A stretch of DNA of 64,000 nt, taken from contig OZ220716.1 in the NCBI GenBank assembly GCA_965116795.1, positions 458,503 through 522,502 on the forward strand, given 5' to 3'. The notes under the pieces are model-generated. The model ran no database searches. It was not told where the DNA came from and was given only the letters and a program-made list of their open reading frames with translations. Of this stretch, positions 43,186 to 53,891 are shown one piece after another. Made by a program: the position numbers and the translations under genes. The stretch comes from Gammaproteobacteria bacterium. GTDB taxonomy: Bacteria > Pseudomonadota > Gammaproteobacteria > JAJFKG01. Numbering within the stretch: position 1 is the stretch's first letter; each line of letters starts with the position of its first letter.

Positions 43186-44664
43186 TTATGCTTTTTCAGT
43201 ACCAACTGGTTTAGCTTGTTCGCCATTCCATACCAGATCCAATTGACGTGCTGCTTTCACATCGTCTAAGCGTCGTACTGGACACGTATGAGGTGCCTTT
43301 AAAATAATATCAGGATTAGTTTTTGCTTCTTGTTGAATAGCTAGCATTGCTGCAACAAATTGGTCAATATCTTGTTTGCTTTCAGTTTCTGTTGGTTCGA
43401 TCAATAAACATTCTGGCACCAGTAATGGGAAATACGTTGTTGGTGCATGACAGCCATAATCTAACAATCGTTTGGCTACATCCATTGCACTAATACCATA
43501 CGCTTTTACCCAATTTTTTAAGGTAATAATAAATTCATGGCTAGCACGACGTTTAGGATAAGCCAATTCAAACCCGGCTTGTTGCAAACGTGTCATCAAA
43601 TAATTTGCATTCAATGTAGCAAATTCAGCTACACGCACCATACCTTCACGCCCCAGAATGCGACAATAAATATAAGCACGTAATAAAATACTGGCATTAC
43701 CCATAAATGCTGATAACCGACCAATGCTATCCGGACAATTATGTTGATTAAGCAAACAGTATTGATTATCTTGCTTATCAACAATTGGGATCGGTAAATA
43801 AGGTTTTAATTTATCATTACATGCCACTGGCCCAGAGCCAGGTCCACCACCACCATGAGGTGTCGCAAATGTTTTGTGTAAATTTAAATGCATGACATCA
43901 AAACCCATATCACCTGGGCGTACTTTACCTAAGATTGCATTTAAGTTGGCACCGTCGTAATACAACAAGCCACCTGCTGCATGCACTTTGTTAGCAATCA
44001 CAGCAATTTGCCGTTCAAACACACCTAAAGTAGACGGATTCGTTAACATAATGCCTGCTGTTTGTGGTCCTAATGCTGCCTCCAATGCAACCAAATCAAC
44101 ATCACCATCTTTATCCGTTGGGATCTCGCGCACTGTATAACCACACATGACTGCCGATGCTGGATTGGTACCGTGTGCGGCATCCGGCACTAGAATTTCA
44201 CAACGCGCATGATCACCTCTGGCTTGATGATAAGCGCGAATCATGGAAACACCAGCGAATTCACCTTGAGCACCTGCCATTGGCGCTAATGAAATACCAC
44301 TCATGCCAGTGACATCTTTTAATATATCTTGTAATTCATACAAGCATTGCAGAAAGCCTTGGCTTTCGGTAAATGGTGCTAATGGATGGCGACGTAACCA
44401 ATCTGATAATGATGCAAGCTTATGTACACCACGCGGATTATATTTCATTGTACATGAACCTAATGGATACATATGTGTATCAATCGAAAAATTGTGCTGC
44501 GACAGTTGTGTATAATGTCGCACAACTTGCATTTCTGATACTTCAGGTAATTGTGCTGTTGATTGACGTAACAATTGATCTGGGATTGCCGTTTCCGTCG
44601 ATGAAATACGCGGTGATTGCATATGTGCTGCACGGTTTGGAGCAGATTTCTCAAAAATAAGCAT
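43186..44664 (-). CDS. gcvPB: Glycine dehydrogenase subunit 2
   Basis: [58 protein letters not shown]. Confidence 0.96.
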   Translation of the reverse strand: MLIFEKSAPNRAAHMQSPRISSTETAIPDQLLRQSTAQLPEVSEMQVVRHYTQLSQHNFSIDTHMYPLGSCTMKYNPRGVHKLASLSDWLRRHPLAPFTESQGFLQCLYELQDILKDVTGMSGISLAPMAGAQGEFAGVSMIRAYHQARGDHARCEILVPDAAHGTNPASAVMCGYTVREIPTDKDGDVDLVALEAALGPQTAGIMLTNPSTLGVFERQIAVIANKVHAAGGLLYYDGANLNAILGKVRPGDMGFDVMHLNLHKTFATPHGGGGPGSGPVACNDKLKPYLPIPIVDKQDNQYCLLNQHNCPDSIGRLSAFMGNASILLRAYIYCRILGREGMVRVAEFATLNANYLMTRLQQAGFELAYPKRRASHEFIITLKNWVKAYGISAMDVAKRLLDYGCHAPTTYFPLLVPECLLIEPTETESKQDIDQFVAAMLAIQQEAKTNPDIILKAPHTCPVRRLDDVKAARQLDLVWNGEQAKPVGTEKA

Positions 44665-44697
44665 ATTATTTTCCTTTATGTTTTTCGCTTATTGCGA

Positions 44698-46050
44698 TTA
44701 CAATGTGCTAACAACATCTGCATAATGTTGAATATCATCCGGTGTTTGCATTTCAGTAGTACACACTAATAAACAATCTGCATAGTCAGGATATAATACA
44801 CCTAATGCAAATCCACCTTGAATTTTTTCAGCAAGTAATGCATTTAACACCGTATCAATTGGTTTGCTAAAACGTAACACAACTTCATGAAAACATGTAC
44901 CAGTAAATACCCTGTCAATACCATTAATATTAGTCAACGTATCAAGTAATAATTGATTATGTTGATGACTGGTTAATGCAACATTACGCAGTCCAGATAG
45001 CCCAAGTAAACTCATGTGAATGGTAGAAGCAGTGACAGCTAATCCCTGATTGGTACAAATGTTAGACGTGGCTTTAGAACGACGAATATGTTGTTCGCGT
45101 GCTTGCAGTGTTAATGTATAACCTATTTTGCCATCTTGATCAGTTGTGCGACCCACAATACGGCCGGGCAATTGACGCACTAATGCTTGCTTACAACATA
45201 AGAAACCATAGTAAGGTCCACCCGATGCTAGTGGCAATCCCAATGGTTGACCTTCACCACAGGCAATATCAGCACCATTATCACCCCAACTACCTGGCTC
45301 TTTTAATAATGCCATCGCAATTGGATTGACTACGCCTATCACTAATGCCTGTTTGGCATGTGCCCAATTTGTTAGTAAGTCAACATCTTCAATGACACCA
45401 AAAAAGTTAGGTTGTGGAATAACAATAGCAGCAAATTCGTCTTGTTGAAATGATGTTAGGGTATCTGCAATCGTGGCACCAGCTTTAGCACAATAAGGCA
45501 ACTCAACCAATTCAATCCCTTGTGCATTTACTAGTGTATGTACTACTTGACGATAATGCGGATGTAAGCTGCCAGCGCATACTATTTTACGGGTTTTCAC
45601 TTTGCGCTGCACACGTACTGCCATTAATACCGCTTCAGCTAACGCAGATGCACCATCATACAATGATGCATTTGATACATCTAACCCAACAAGACTCGCC
45701 ATCATGGTTTGGTATTCGTATAGTAATTGTAATGTACCTTGGCTAGCTTCTGCCTGATACGGTGTATATGCTGTTAAAAATTCCCCACGCGAAGCAACTT
45801 CCCATACTGCTGCTGGAATATGATGTTCATAAGCACCTGCACCAATAAAACAAACACCTCGTCTGTCTTGGGTCGCACGCTCATATAACAAACGTGCCGC
45901 TTGCATTTCACTGATCCCAGTAGAAACATGTTTCAACTTATCTATACGTAACTGCTCGGGAATTTCATCAAACAATGTATCGATATTATCAACACCAATA
46001 GTTGATAACATATCGCTGATATCAGTATCGGTATGCGGAATATAAGGCAT
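44698..46050 (-). CDS. gcvPA: Glycine dehydrogenase subunit 1
   Basis: [48 protein letters not shown]. Confidence 0.96.
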   Translation of the reverse strand: MPYIPHTDTDISDMLSTIGVDNIDTLFDEIPEQLRIDKLKHVSTGISEMQAARLLYERATQDRRGVCFIGAGAYEHHIPAAVWEVASRGEFLTAYTPYQAEASQGTLQLLYEYQTMMASLVGLDVSNASLYDGASALAEAVLMAVRVQRKVKTRKIVCAGSLHPHYRQVVHTLVNAQGIELVELPYCAKAGATIADTLTSFQQDEFAAIVIPQPNFFGVIEDVDLLTNWAHAKQALVIGVVNPIAMALLKEPGSWGDNGADIACGEGQPLGLPLASGGPYYGFLCCKQALVRQLPGRIVGRTTDQDGKIGYTLTLQAREQHIRRSKATSNICTNQGLAVTASTIHMSLLGLSGLRNVALTSHQHNQLLLDTLTNINGIDRVFTGTCFHEVVLRFSKPIDTVLNALLAEKIQGGFALGVLYPDYADCLLVCTTEMQTPDDIQHYADVVSTL

Positions 46051-46055
46051 ATTAT

Positions 46056-46448
46056 TTAATCCTGTTCTGCCACTTTTTGTGTATATTGTTGTGCATTCAG
46101 TAATGATGTTAAGTTACTTGTTTCAGTTAATTTGATCTTATATAACCAACCTGCACCATATGGATCTTGATTGACTAACTCAGGCGTTTCAACTAATGCA
46201 TCATTTACAGCAAAGATAGTCCCGGTTAACGGGGAATACACATCAGATGCCGCTTTAACTGATTCCACAACACCTGTCTCTTCACCCGCATTCACTGCTT
46301 TTTCTACATCTGGCAATTCAACAAAGACTAAATCCCCCAGTAATTGCTGAGCATGTACTGTGATCCCAATTGTGTAAACGTCATCGGTTTCTTGACGTAC
46401 CCATTCATGACTGTCGGTGTAATGTAGGTTTTCTGGAATATCACTCAT
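46056..46448 (-). CDS. gcvH: Glycine cleavage system H protein
   Basis: [23 protein letters not shown] lipoyl motif, DPYG.GW. Confidence 0.96.
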   Translation of the reverse strand: MSDIPENLHYTDSHEWVRQETDDVYTIGITVHAQQLLGDLVFVELPDVEKAVNAGEETGVVESVKAASDVYSPLTGTIFAVNDALVETPELVNQDPYGAGWLYKIKLTETSNLTSLLNAQQYTQKVAEQD

Positions 46449-46474
46449 AACTACTCTCTCCACATTTAAAAGTA

Positions 46475-46612
46475 CTATTTAGGGAAACGCCATATTTGGC
46501 GGATCTTGCCAGAAAATATCAACAAAACGTGCTCATGTATACCCAATACACTGCGCTGTTTTGTTGATATTTTCTGGCAACCTCCACGCAAAGCTGACGT
46601 TTTTTGATAAAG
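46475..46612. repeat. Long palindromic element (RPE-like core) between gcvT and gcvH
   Basis: Perfect 23-bp arms at 46506-46528 and 46558-46580 around GTGCTCATGTATACCCAATACACTGCGCT; imperfect outer arms. Confidence 0.85.
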
Positions 46613-46636
46613 CAAAGATCGGCCAAGCTGTTACCA

Positions 46637-47734
46637 TTAATCTACCAAAACACATTCACCTTGACTCACAAATGGCAATTTAACAATGCGCGCTGGTAAT
46701 AAGCGTCCTCGAATCTCTACTTGACAATGGGCATCGGTAGCAGCAGCTGGGATCCGTGCTAACCCAATTGCACACTGTAAACTTGGTGAGAAACTACCAC
46801 TAGTAATTTCACCATCACCAACACCCTCACAAACAACGCGTTGATGATTACGCAATACACCCTTTGTTTCTAATACTAATCCAACAAAACGTTGATCAAC
46901 ACCCGTTGCTTTCTGAGCTAACAATGCCTGTTTACCAATAAAATCATGATCTGCCGGTTCCCACGCAATTGTCCAAGCTAATCCAGATACCAACGGTGTT
47001 ACTGTCTCATCCATATCGGTACCATATAAGTGCATACCTGCTTCTAAACGCAATGTGTCACGTGCACCCAAACCACATGGGGTAACACCTGCTGCGAGTA
47101 AGCGTTGCCACAATTTAGTTGCCTCAGTTGCTGGAATAATGATTTCAACACCATCTTCACCGGTATAACCCGTGCGTGCAATAAACCAATCGTGTTGTTG
47201 ATAGGCTTGGAAACGCTTTAAGTTCTGCATTGCCTGCGCCAGTGCAGTAGGCAATACAGTCGCTACTGTATCGCAAGCTGTTGGACCTTGCACAGCAAGC
47301 ATTGCTAAATCATGACATTCGTTAATAGTTACTGCAAATTCATTTGCTTGTTTTCTAATCCAAGCAATATCTTTATCACGAGTTGCTGCATTGACCACCA
47401 TACGGTAACGACTAGGCGAGTCACTAAGATAATACACAATCAAATCATCGATGATGCCACCTTCATGATTTAACATGCAGCTATATAATGCTTTATTTAA
47501 CGATAAACGTGCAACATCGTTAGCTAATAAATAACGTAAGAAATCGCGCGCACCATCGCCTGTTAGATCAAGCACTGTCATGTGCGATACATCGAACATG
47601 CCTGCAGATTGACGCACAGCATAATGCTCTGTTAACTGTGATCCATAATGAATTGGCATTTGCCAACCGGCAAAATCTACCATGGTCGCATCTGCATCAA
47701 GATGTGCCTGATACAATGGAGTACGCTGGGGCAT
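46637..47734 (-). CDS. gcvT: Glycine cleavage system aminomethyltransferase T
   Basis: RTPLY, DFAGWQMP, FDVSHM, GGIIDDL, ARTGYTGEDG.E, GLGARDTLRLEAG. Confidence 0.96.
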   Translation of the reverse strand: MPQRTPLYQAHLDADATMVDFAGWQMPIHYGSQLTEHYAVRQSAGMFDVSHMTVLDLTGDGARDFLRYLLANDVARLSLNKALYSCMLNHEGGIIDDLIVYYLSDSPSRYRMVVNAATRDKDIAWIRKQANEFAVTINECHDLAMLAVQGPTACDTVATVLPTALAQAMQNLKRFQAYQQHDWFIARTGYTGEDGVEIIIPATEATKLWQRLLAAGVTPCGLGARDTLRLEAGMHLYGTDMDETVTPLVSGLAWTIAWEPADHDFIGKQALLAQKATGVDQRFVGLVLETKGVLRNHQRVVCEGVGDGEITSGSFSPSLQCAIGLARIPAAATDAHCQVEIRGRLLPARIVKLPFVSQGECVLVD

Positions 47735-47826
47735 TTGCAATTTCTCCATAGGACATTGTTGTAAAAAACGTTGCGATTATACCGTGCATAGGTTAGTGTG
47801 CAACTCACTGGTGCCCATATGGCAAA

Positions 47827-49047
47827 CTACTGCACACGTGCCAATACGGGCAAATCACCTTGTAATCCCATTGCACGACGGATAATTGCTTGCTTGACCA
47901 AGGGTAACCGATTAGTCATTGTTAAACCTCGATTACGTAATCGTTTGATCCAAGGAACATCATTGCTAAACAATCGTTTAAATCCTTCCATCGCCAAGAT
48001 CATTTCCCAATTATGTCCACGACGCCAACGTGCATAACGTTGTAGTGTAGCTAAACTGGCAATATCACGTCCTTTGCGATGCGCCTGTTGTAATGTTTGT
48101 GCCAAGCACGCTGCATCTAATATTCCCAGATTAGCACCTTGTCCGGCTAATGGATGTAAACTGTGCGCTGCATCACCGATAAATGCAATGTTTGGTAATA
48201 CATACTGTTTACTGTGGCGCATGGTCAATGGAAATGATTGGCGAGAAGAAACTATATTAATTTCGCCCAAACGATGTTCACACGCATTTGCAACGGCATC
48301 TGCAAATTGTGTATCTGACAATGAAAGTAATTCATTTGCACGTGCTGTTGCAGCTGACCATACAATCGAACAATCGTGTGAGTCAGCTAAAGGCAATAAC
48401 GCTAACGGGCCATCTGGCATAAAACGTTGCCACGCCGTTAATTGATGTGGTTTTTCTGTGTTTATCGTGGCTATGATTGCGGTTTGTTGGTATGACCATT
48501 GACGTTGTTCAACACCACATTGCTGACGTAACCAAGAATGAACGCCATCAGCACCAATTACTAAACGTGATTGCAATATATGATTATCATCTGTCTGTAA
48601 GGTAACGCCATGCTTGCTCACATCAATTGAGTGCAATATACATCCATAGATAAGATCAATATTGTTTGCTCGTTCAACTTGCTGACGTAATACTTGTTGT
48701 ATCACTGTATTCTCAACAATGTAACCTAACTCACTCTCACCAACATACGCTGAATCAAAATGAATTGAGCCATTATCATCCCATACATACATTTCACGAT
48801 AAGGGCTTACTCGTAAGCCACGCATGAGTTCCCATGCCCCTAAATTGTGAAAAATTGTTTGTGATGCACGGGTAATCGCACTTACGCGCATGTCATATTC
48901 ACCTTCAGAAAATACGGGACGCTGTGTACATGCATCGATTACAGTAACTTTCAGTGATGTATTAGCTAGTGCACAGGCACAGGTTAAACCGACAATGCCC
49001 GCACCAATAATGATAACATCAGTTTTGTCTTTAGATTCAATTTTCAT
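47827..49047 (-). CDS. ubiI: UbiH/UbiF/UbiI(VisC) FAD-dependent hydroxylase
   Basis: IIGAGIVG, RVSAI, GADG..S, AWQRF, GDAAH..HPLAGQG.NLG. Confidence 0.75.
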   Translation of the reverse strand: MKIESKDKTDVIIIGAGIVGLTCACALANTSLKVTVIDACTQRPVFSEGEYDMRVSAITRASQTIFHNLGAWELMRGLRVSPYREMYVWDDNGSIHFDSAYVGESELGYIVENTVIQQVLRQQVERANNIDLIYGCILHSIDVSKHGVTLQTDDNHILQSRLVIGADGVHSWLRQQCGVEQRQWSYQQTAIIATINTEKPHQLTAWQRFMPDGPLALLPLADSHDCSIVWSAATARANELLSLSDTQFADAVANACEHRLGEINIVSSRQSFPLTMRHSKQYVLPNIAFIGDAAHSLHPLAGQGANLGILDAACLAQTLQQAHRKGRDIASLATLQRYARWRRGHNWEMILAMEGFKRLFSNDVPWIKRLRNRGLTMTNRLPLVKQAIIRRAMGLQGDLPVLARVQ

Positions 49048-49052
49048 TTATT

Positions 49053-50303
49053 TTATAATAACGATTTTAGAATGGTAAATAGAACAATACAGATTGCAGC
49101 ACCAGCTGGTAATGTGATGATCCACGATAATAAAATACTGCGTATAACATTTAGTTGTAATGCCGCAATCCCACGTGCTAACCCAACGCCTAATACAGCA
49201 CCTACTAATGTTTGTGTAGTGGATACAGGTAATCCAATACCAGATGCTAATACAACTGTCGTTGCTGTTGCTAATTCAGCAGCAAAACCACGACTCGGCG
49301 TTAACTCTGTTATCTTAGTGCCAATGGTGGCAATCACACGATAACCAAATGTGGCTAACCCAATGACAATCCCGATACCACCTAATAATAATACCCAACG
49401 TGGCGCACCTGATTGTGCAGCGATCATCCCACCGTTTTTTACCACACTCACTACTGCCGCTAATGGCCCAATCGCATTAGCTACATCGTTTGAACCATGA
49501 GCAAATGCCATCGAGCCAGCAGTAAATATCATTAAAATACCAAATAAGTGCTCGACATTTGCAAAGTGCACGTGACGCCCGCCTTTATCACGAAAAGACG
49601 TCTTGGCCAAAAGAAAATAACTAATCAACATAATTAATAGTGCAAATAATGCTGAATACACAATACTACTTGCTGTTGAAATGTGTAACCAAACGTGTTT
49701 TAACCCTTTGTTTAACGTAACCAATCCAATAATAAACGCAGCTAACAAAATGTAAAGCGGTACAATCTGTTGTGCACGTTGTAGTGGATTAGCATGATTT
49801 AAAATTAATTCTTGAATGCTACGGAAAATACCGTATGCCAATAAGCCAGCAATACACGGTGTCACGATCCAACTGAGCACAATGAATATAACTTGGTGCC
49901 AATACACGGCATGCATCCCTAAGTTCATTGTACCAAAACCGATAATCGCACCAACAATGCTATGCGTTGTCGATACCGGCCAACCGCGATAGGTTGCGAT
50001 AAACAACCAAATACCCGTAGCTAGTAACGCACTCAACATGCCATAGACTAATAATTCGGGTGTATCAGCTAATACCGATAGATCAATAATCTTGCCACGA
50101 ATGGTATGCGTCACTTGACCACCGGCAAGAAAAGCCCCTAAAAATTCAAAAATGGCAGCAATGATAACTGCTTGGCGTAAACTGATTGCACGCGAACCGA
50201 CTGATGTTGCCATTGCATTGGCGACATCATTCGCACCTACTCCCCACGCCATAAAAAAACCAAATACACACGCTAGGATAATAAATAATTCAGCATGGGG
50301 CAT
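49053..50303 (-). CDS. Inorganic phosphate transporter, PiT family
   Basis: GANDVANAM, PVSTTHSIVG, HGSNDVANA, PVSTT signatures. Confidence 0.93.
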   Translation of the reverse strand: MPHAELFIILACVFGFFMAWGVGANDVANAMATSVGSRAISLRQAVIIAAIFEFLGAFLAGGQVTHTIRGKIIDLSVLADTPELLVYGMLSALLATGIWLFIATYRGWPVSTTHSIVGAIIGFGTMNLGMHAVYWHQVIFIVLSWIVTPCIAGLLAYGIFRSIQELILNHANPLQRAQQIVPLYILLAAFIIGLVTLNKGLKHVWLHISTASSIVYSALFALLIMLISYFLLAKTSFRDKGGRHVHFANVEHLFGILMIFTAGSMAFAHGSNDVANAIGPLAAVVSVVKNGGMIAAQSGAPRWVLLLGGIGIVIGLATFGYRVIATIGTKITELTPSRGFAAELATATTVVLASGIGLPVSTTQTLVGAVLGVGLARGIAALQLNVIRSILLSWIITLPAGAAICIVLFTILKSLL

Positions 50304-50305
50304 AA

Positions 50306-50989
50306 TTACCTCGCCAATAACAATTGCAAATTATCTCCAACATGTTGCGCACCATCGGCTAACTGACCAGTTGTTTCAATTACTTTATATAAGAACATGG
50401 CGTCAATCGGTGATAAGGTATTTTCAACCTCATACACTTGCTGGCGTACTGCAATTTGCATTTGATCGGTATCAGATTCAATTTCATCGATAAGACAAAT
50501 CATGCTTTCTACTGCACCAACTTCACTATTGACAAAGCCAGTTTCTAATAATTCACCTAACTCATTAATTACTTTATCAGCTTGCTGCACTGCCTCTAAA
50601 TTACGTTGCAAAAAGTTCATGAAAGTGGCATGTAATTGTTTAGGAAGGATCAGTTTACGCCCTAACATTAAGCCAGCAACATCACGTGCTTTATCCGCAA
50701 TTTTATCTTGCACTGTTAAAATTTCTAATAAGCCTGAACGTGATACTGGTAAAAATAAACTGTTAGGTAAATGCACACGCAATTCTCGTTTAATTTTATC
50801 TGCTTCGTTTTCAATACGTGCAATAGTCAGTTGATGGATTTCAGCGGTTGCCCAATCAATCGCAATAACCGCATTAAAAAATGGCTGGAGTTCCTGGGTA
50901 CATGCTGTAATTTTACTCATGTGTTCTTGTAAAGGTCGGATTGGTGAACGTCCAAACACATTGAGAATCGAGGCACGTGGCATTCCCAT
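50306..50989 (-). CDS. TIGR00153/DUF47 phosphate transport regulator
   Basis: FGRSPIRPLQEH, E.EAD..KR.LR..LP..LFLPV.R; upstream of PiT; start at ATG 50989 after GGAGG. Confidence 0.88.
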   Translation of the reverse strand: MGMPRASILNVFGRSPIRPLQEHMSKITACTQELQPFFNAVIAIDWATAEIHQLTIARIENEADKIKRELRVHLPNSLFLPVSRSGLLEILTVQDKIADKARDVAGLMLGRKLILPKQLHATFMNFLQRNLEAVQQADKVINELGELLETGFVNSEVGAVESMICLIDEIESDTDQMQIAVRQQVYEVENTLSPIDAMFLYKVIETTGQLADGAQHVGDNLQLLLAR

Positions 50990-51018
50990 AGTAATCCTCC
51001 AATTATTATTAGCGCTAG

Positions 51019-51170
51019 TATACTCTTCGCATTTTAAATTTATGCTTTGTTGGCTGCGCTGACCCCGGATCAAGTCCGGGGCAAGTCTTTATACAAAAGT
51101 CATGTATTTCATACACTCCTTTTGCTCGACAGCTTGCCGCCTCGCCTAAATTCAAAACGCTTTGAGTATA
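51019..51170 (-). repeat. ERIC-like element (152 bp) carrying a ~26-bp nested hairpin insertion
   Basis: Near-identical to the 41174 copy plus TGACCCCGGATCAAGTCCGGGGCAAG at 51060-51085. Confidence 0.9.
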
Positions 51171-51268
51171 TACTGAGAGAAATACAAATTACAATATCGT
51201 TGTACTAATACAAATGACTAAAAGTCAGTCATGCCAGCCCGAACTAAAATTAAAATGCGAAGAGTATA
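51169..51268 (+). repeat. Degenerate ERIC-like copy abutting the previous one
   Basis: TATACTG left end; right end TAAAATGCGAAGAGTATA is the reverse complement of the 51019 end. Confidence 0.6.
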
Positions 51269-51277
51269 GTTATATGT

Positions 51278-52648
51278 TTATTCCGACTCGTTAATACACT
51301 CTAAAATTTGCATCGCCATTTCTAAACTCTGTTCGTAATTTAAGCGTGGGTCAACTAAGCTTTTATAGGCATGGGTTAAATCATTCGTAGTTAATCCGCG
51401 GGCACCGCCAATACATTCAGTGATATCATCACCCGTTAATTCAAAATGTACACCACCCAGATACGTACCCAAATTAGCATGCACTGCAAATGATAATCGT
51501 AATTCTTCAAGAATATTATCAAAGTGACGCGTCTTAATACCACCTGCTGTGATTTCAGTATTGCCATGCATCGGATCACAACACCACAATACTGTTTTAC
51601 CAGTAGCACACACTGCTTTAATTAAAGATGGTAGACGTGTCTCAACCTGTGTAGCTCCCATGCGATGCACTAAGGTTAAACGGCCAGGCTCATTATCTGG
51701 GTTTAACTTGTTAACTAACTCAGTTAACCACATTGCTGTCATATCAGGGCCAACTTTAATCGCAATTGGATTGGTAATACCACGGATATATTCAATGTGT
51801 GCACTGTCTAACTGTGCGGTGCGCATACCCACCCACGGGAAATGGGTCGATAAGTTATACCACTGTTGCTGATATTGATGTGTTAAGGCTTGTTCATAAG
51901 GTAATAGTAATGCCTCGTGACTCGTGTACAAATCTACACGAGTTAGATCGCATGTTGATTCCCTAACAGCTGCATTAGCAAAATCAATAGCATTGGTAAT
52001 TGCTTGCAGTATGGCTTGATATTTTTCTTTTGATTCAGAATAATGAATAAAATCGATATCCCAATATTCTGGGTGCTGCAAATCAGCAAATCCATGTTGC
52101 ACTAATGCCCGTAAATAATTTAATGTTTTCGCTGAATGGGTATAGGCATCTAGCAATAATGTTGGATCCGGCGTACGCGCCTGTGCATTAAAATCAGCAC
52201 AATTAATGGCATCACCCCGATAATTAGGAAGTCGAATACCATCGCGAATTTCATATTCACTAGAACGTGGCTTAGCATATTGCCCTGCAATACGACCAAT
52301 ACGAATAATCGGCTTGCGTAAGCCATACAGCAATATTGCACTCATTTGCAATAATATTTTTAGCTTATTGGTAATAATATCGCGATTACAATCAATAAAG
52401 CGTTCCGCGCAATCACCACCTTGTAATAAAAAAGCATCACCACGCGCGGCTTTGGCGAGTTGCTGTTTTAATGTATCGATTTCAAATGGGACAACCAATG
52501 GTGGAACACATTGTAATTGCGATTCTATATTGGCTAATGCTGTTAGATCAGGATAGGTTGGTAGTTGGCGCACTGCTTTGTGACGCCATGAACCCGGTGA
52601 CCAAACACTTGCTTTACGTTGTTGTTTGCTTCGTTCGATAAATGCCAT
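51278..52648 (-). CDS. Class II (plant-type) DAHP synthase
   Basis: FLLQGGDCAE, GRIAGQYAKPRS, YRGD, YTSHEALLL.YE, W.G.RT, DPMHGNT, GGVH.E.TG, DPRLN. Confidence 0.93.
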   Translation of the reverse strand: MAFIERSKQQRKASVWSPGSWRHKAVRQLPTYPDLTALANIESQLQCVPPLVVPFEIDTLKQQLAKAARGDAFLLQGGDCAERFIDCNRDIITNKLKILLQMSAILLYGLRKPIIRIGRIAGQYAKPRSSEYEIRDGIRLPNYRGDAINCADFNAQARTPDPTLLLDAYTHSAKTLNYLRALVQHGFADLQHPEYWDIDFIHYSESKEKYQAILQAITNAIDFANAAVRESTCDLTRVDLYTSHEALLLPYEQALTHQYQQQWYNLSTHFPWVGMRTAQLDSAHIEYIRGITNPIAIKVGPDMTAMWLTELVNKLNPDNEPGRLTLVHRMGATQVETRLPSLIKAVCATGKTVLWCCDPMHGNTEITAGGIKTRHFDNILEELRLSFAVHANLGTYLGGVHFELTGDDITECIGGARGLTTNDLTHAYKSLVDPRLNYEQSLEMAMQILECINESE

Positions 52649-52662
52649 GCAATATCCTTGTC

Positions 52663-53535
52663 TTAATAACAGCCCAATACACAGCCCATTTTAATTGGAT
52701 CAGTTGCTCCACATTGCCATTGCACTGTTTGCTCAGTTAATACAATAACTGTAGAACCCAATTGGAAATAACCCATCTCATCACCTTGTTGAATATGCAG
52801 TTGATCATATGTCCATATTTGTACTTGCTGACTGTGAGTTGGATTCACCATCCCAGCCCATCGAGTTGCAATATTACCTACTAACATTGCCCCTACCATA
52901 ACGACGACTGTACATCCGTGAACTGTATTAAATACACAAACTACTCTTTCATTACGCGCAAATAACTGTGGCACACACTCTGTAGTTAATGGACTAACTG
53001 AAAATAATCGACCGGGTATGTAAGTCATCGATTGCAAATAACCCTCTACCGGCATGTGTACGCGGTGGTAATCTTTAGGTGATAAATAAATTGTGGCAAA
53101 TGAGCCATGTTGTAATCTAGCTGCTAATTGCAAATCACCACCCACTAACGTTACTACACGGTATTGATGTTGTTTTGCTTGTATTAATTTACCATCATCA
53201 ACTTGCCCAAGTTGACTGATTGTACCATCTGCAGGTGAGACAACATGATTAACTGCTGTTGCAATTGATCTAACATTATCTTGTAAATGTCGAGTAAAAA
53301 ATGCATTAAATGTTGAATACTGTTTTGGATTAGTTATCTTAGCTTCACTTAAGTCAACAGCATAACGCTGGATAAACCACGCAATCAGTGGTTGTGCTAC
53401 CCATCTTTTTTCTAATTGCATTACCCAACCAACTAATCGCGATAACCATCGCTGTGGTAATATATACTGATGTAATATCCGTAAACGCATTACGATTGCC
53501 GTTACTATAGTGTGTTGTTGTTGCATAACGTCCAA
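52663..53535 (-). CDS. psd: Phosphatidylserine decarboxylase proenzyme (start may be further downstream)
   Basis: FNAFFTR, SPADG, YLSPKDYHRVHMP, LFARNER, FQLGSTVI cleavage motif. Confidence 0.93.
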   Translation of the reverse strand: MDVMQQQHTIVTAIVMRLRILHQYILPQRWLSRLVGWVMQLEKRWVAQPLIAWFIQRYAVDLSEAKITNPKQYSTFNAFFTRHLQDNVRSIATAVNHVVSPADGTISQLGQVDDGKLIQAKQHQYRVVTLVGGDLQLAARLQHGSFATIYLSPKDYHRVHMPVEGYLQSMTYIPGRLFSVSPLTTECVPQLFARNERVVCVFNTVHGCTVVVMVGAMLVGNIATRWAGMVNPTHSQQVQIWTYDQLHIQQGDEMGYFQLGSTVIVLTEQTVQWQCGATDPIKMGCVLGCY

Positions 53536-53796
53536 TGACTATCCATAGGGTTAACGGCCAGCCATAGTAGTTGGGTTTCATAACAGATACAAGCGAGATT
53601 AAGCTGGCATTTTTAATAATGTAAAGAACAACTGAATCATGACTAACATCGTTGCTTATCCCTAACCAGCACTATCTCCTGCCATTTATCGCATATGATA
53701 ATGATTTACTATCAATTTAACGGTATTTTGCCTGCAAATTTACCCATTCATAATGAATTATCTTTTAAAATCATTAGCTTACATTATGGATATTCA

Positions 53797-53842
53797 TTGA
53801 CAAAAATTCAACTTTGCATTAAAATGGCGGTCTAACTATTAT
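53797..53842 (+). promoter_or_regulatory. Two overlapping sigma70-type promoter candidates upstream of the acidic hypothetical gene
   Basis: TTGACA(53797)-17 bp-TAAAAT(53820) and TTGCAT(53814)-17 bp-TATTAT(53837). Confidence 0.55.
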
Positions 53843-53891
53843 AAATTGAATTAACCAACCAGTTTGACAGTAACACAAGGGGTTTTTTGAT

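Noticed and set aside
47735-47826. Glycine riboswitch upstream of gcvT
   Set aside because: Only ~90 bp is available and I see no aptamer motifs
50990-51073. N-terminal extension of the DUF47 ORF in the track
   Set aside because: It reads through the ERIC-like element; a GGAGG RBS supports ATG 50989
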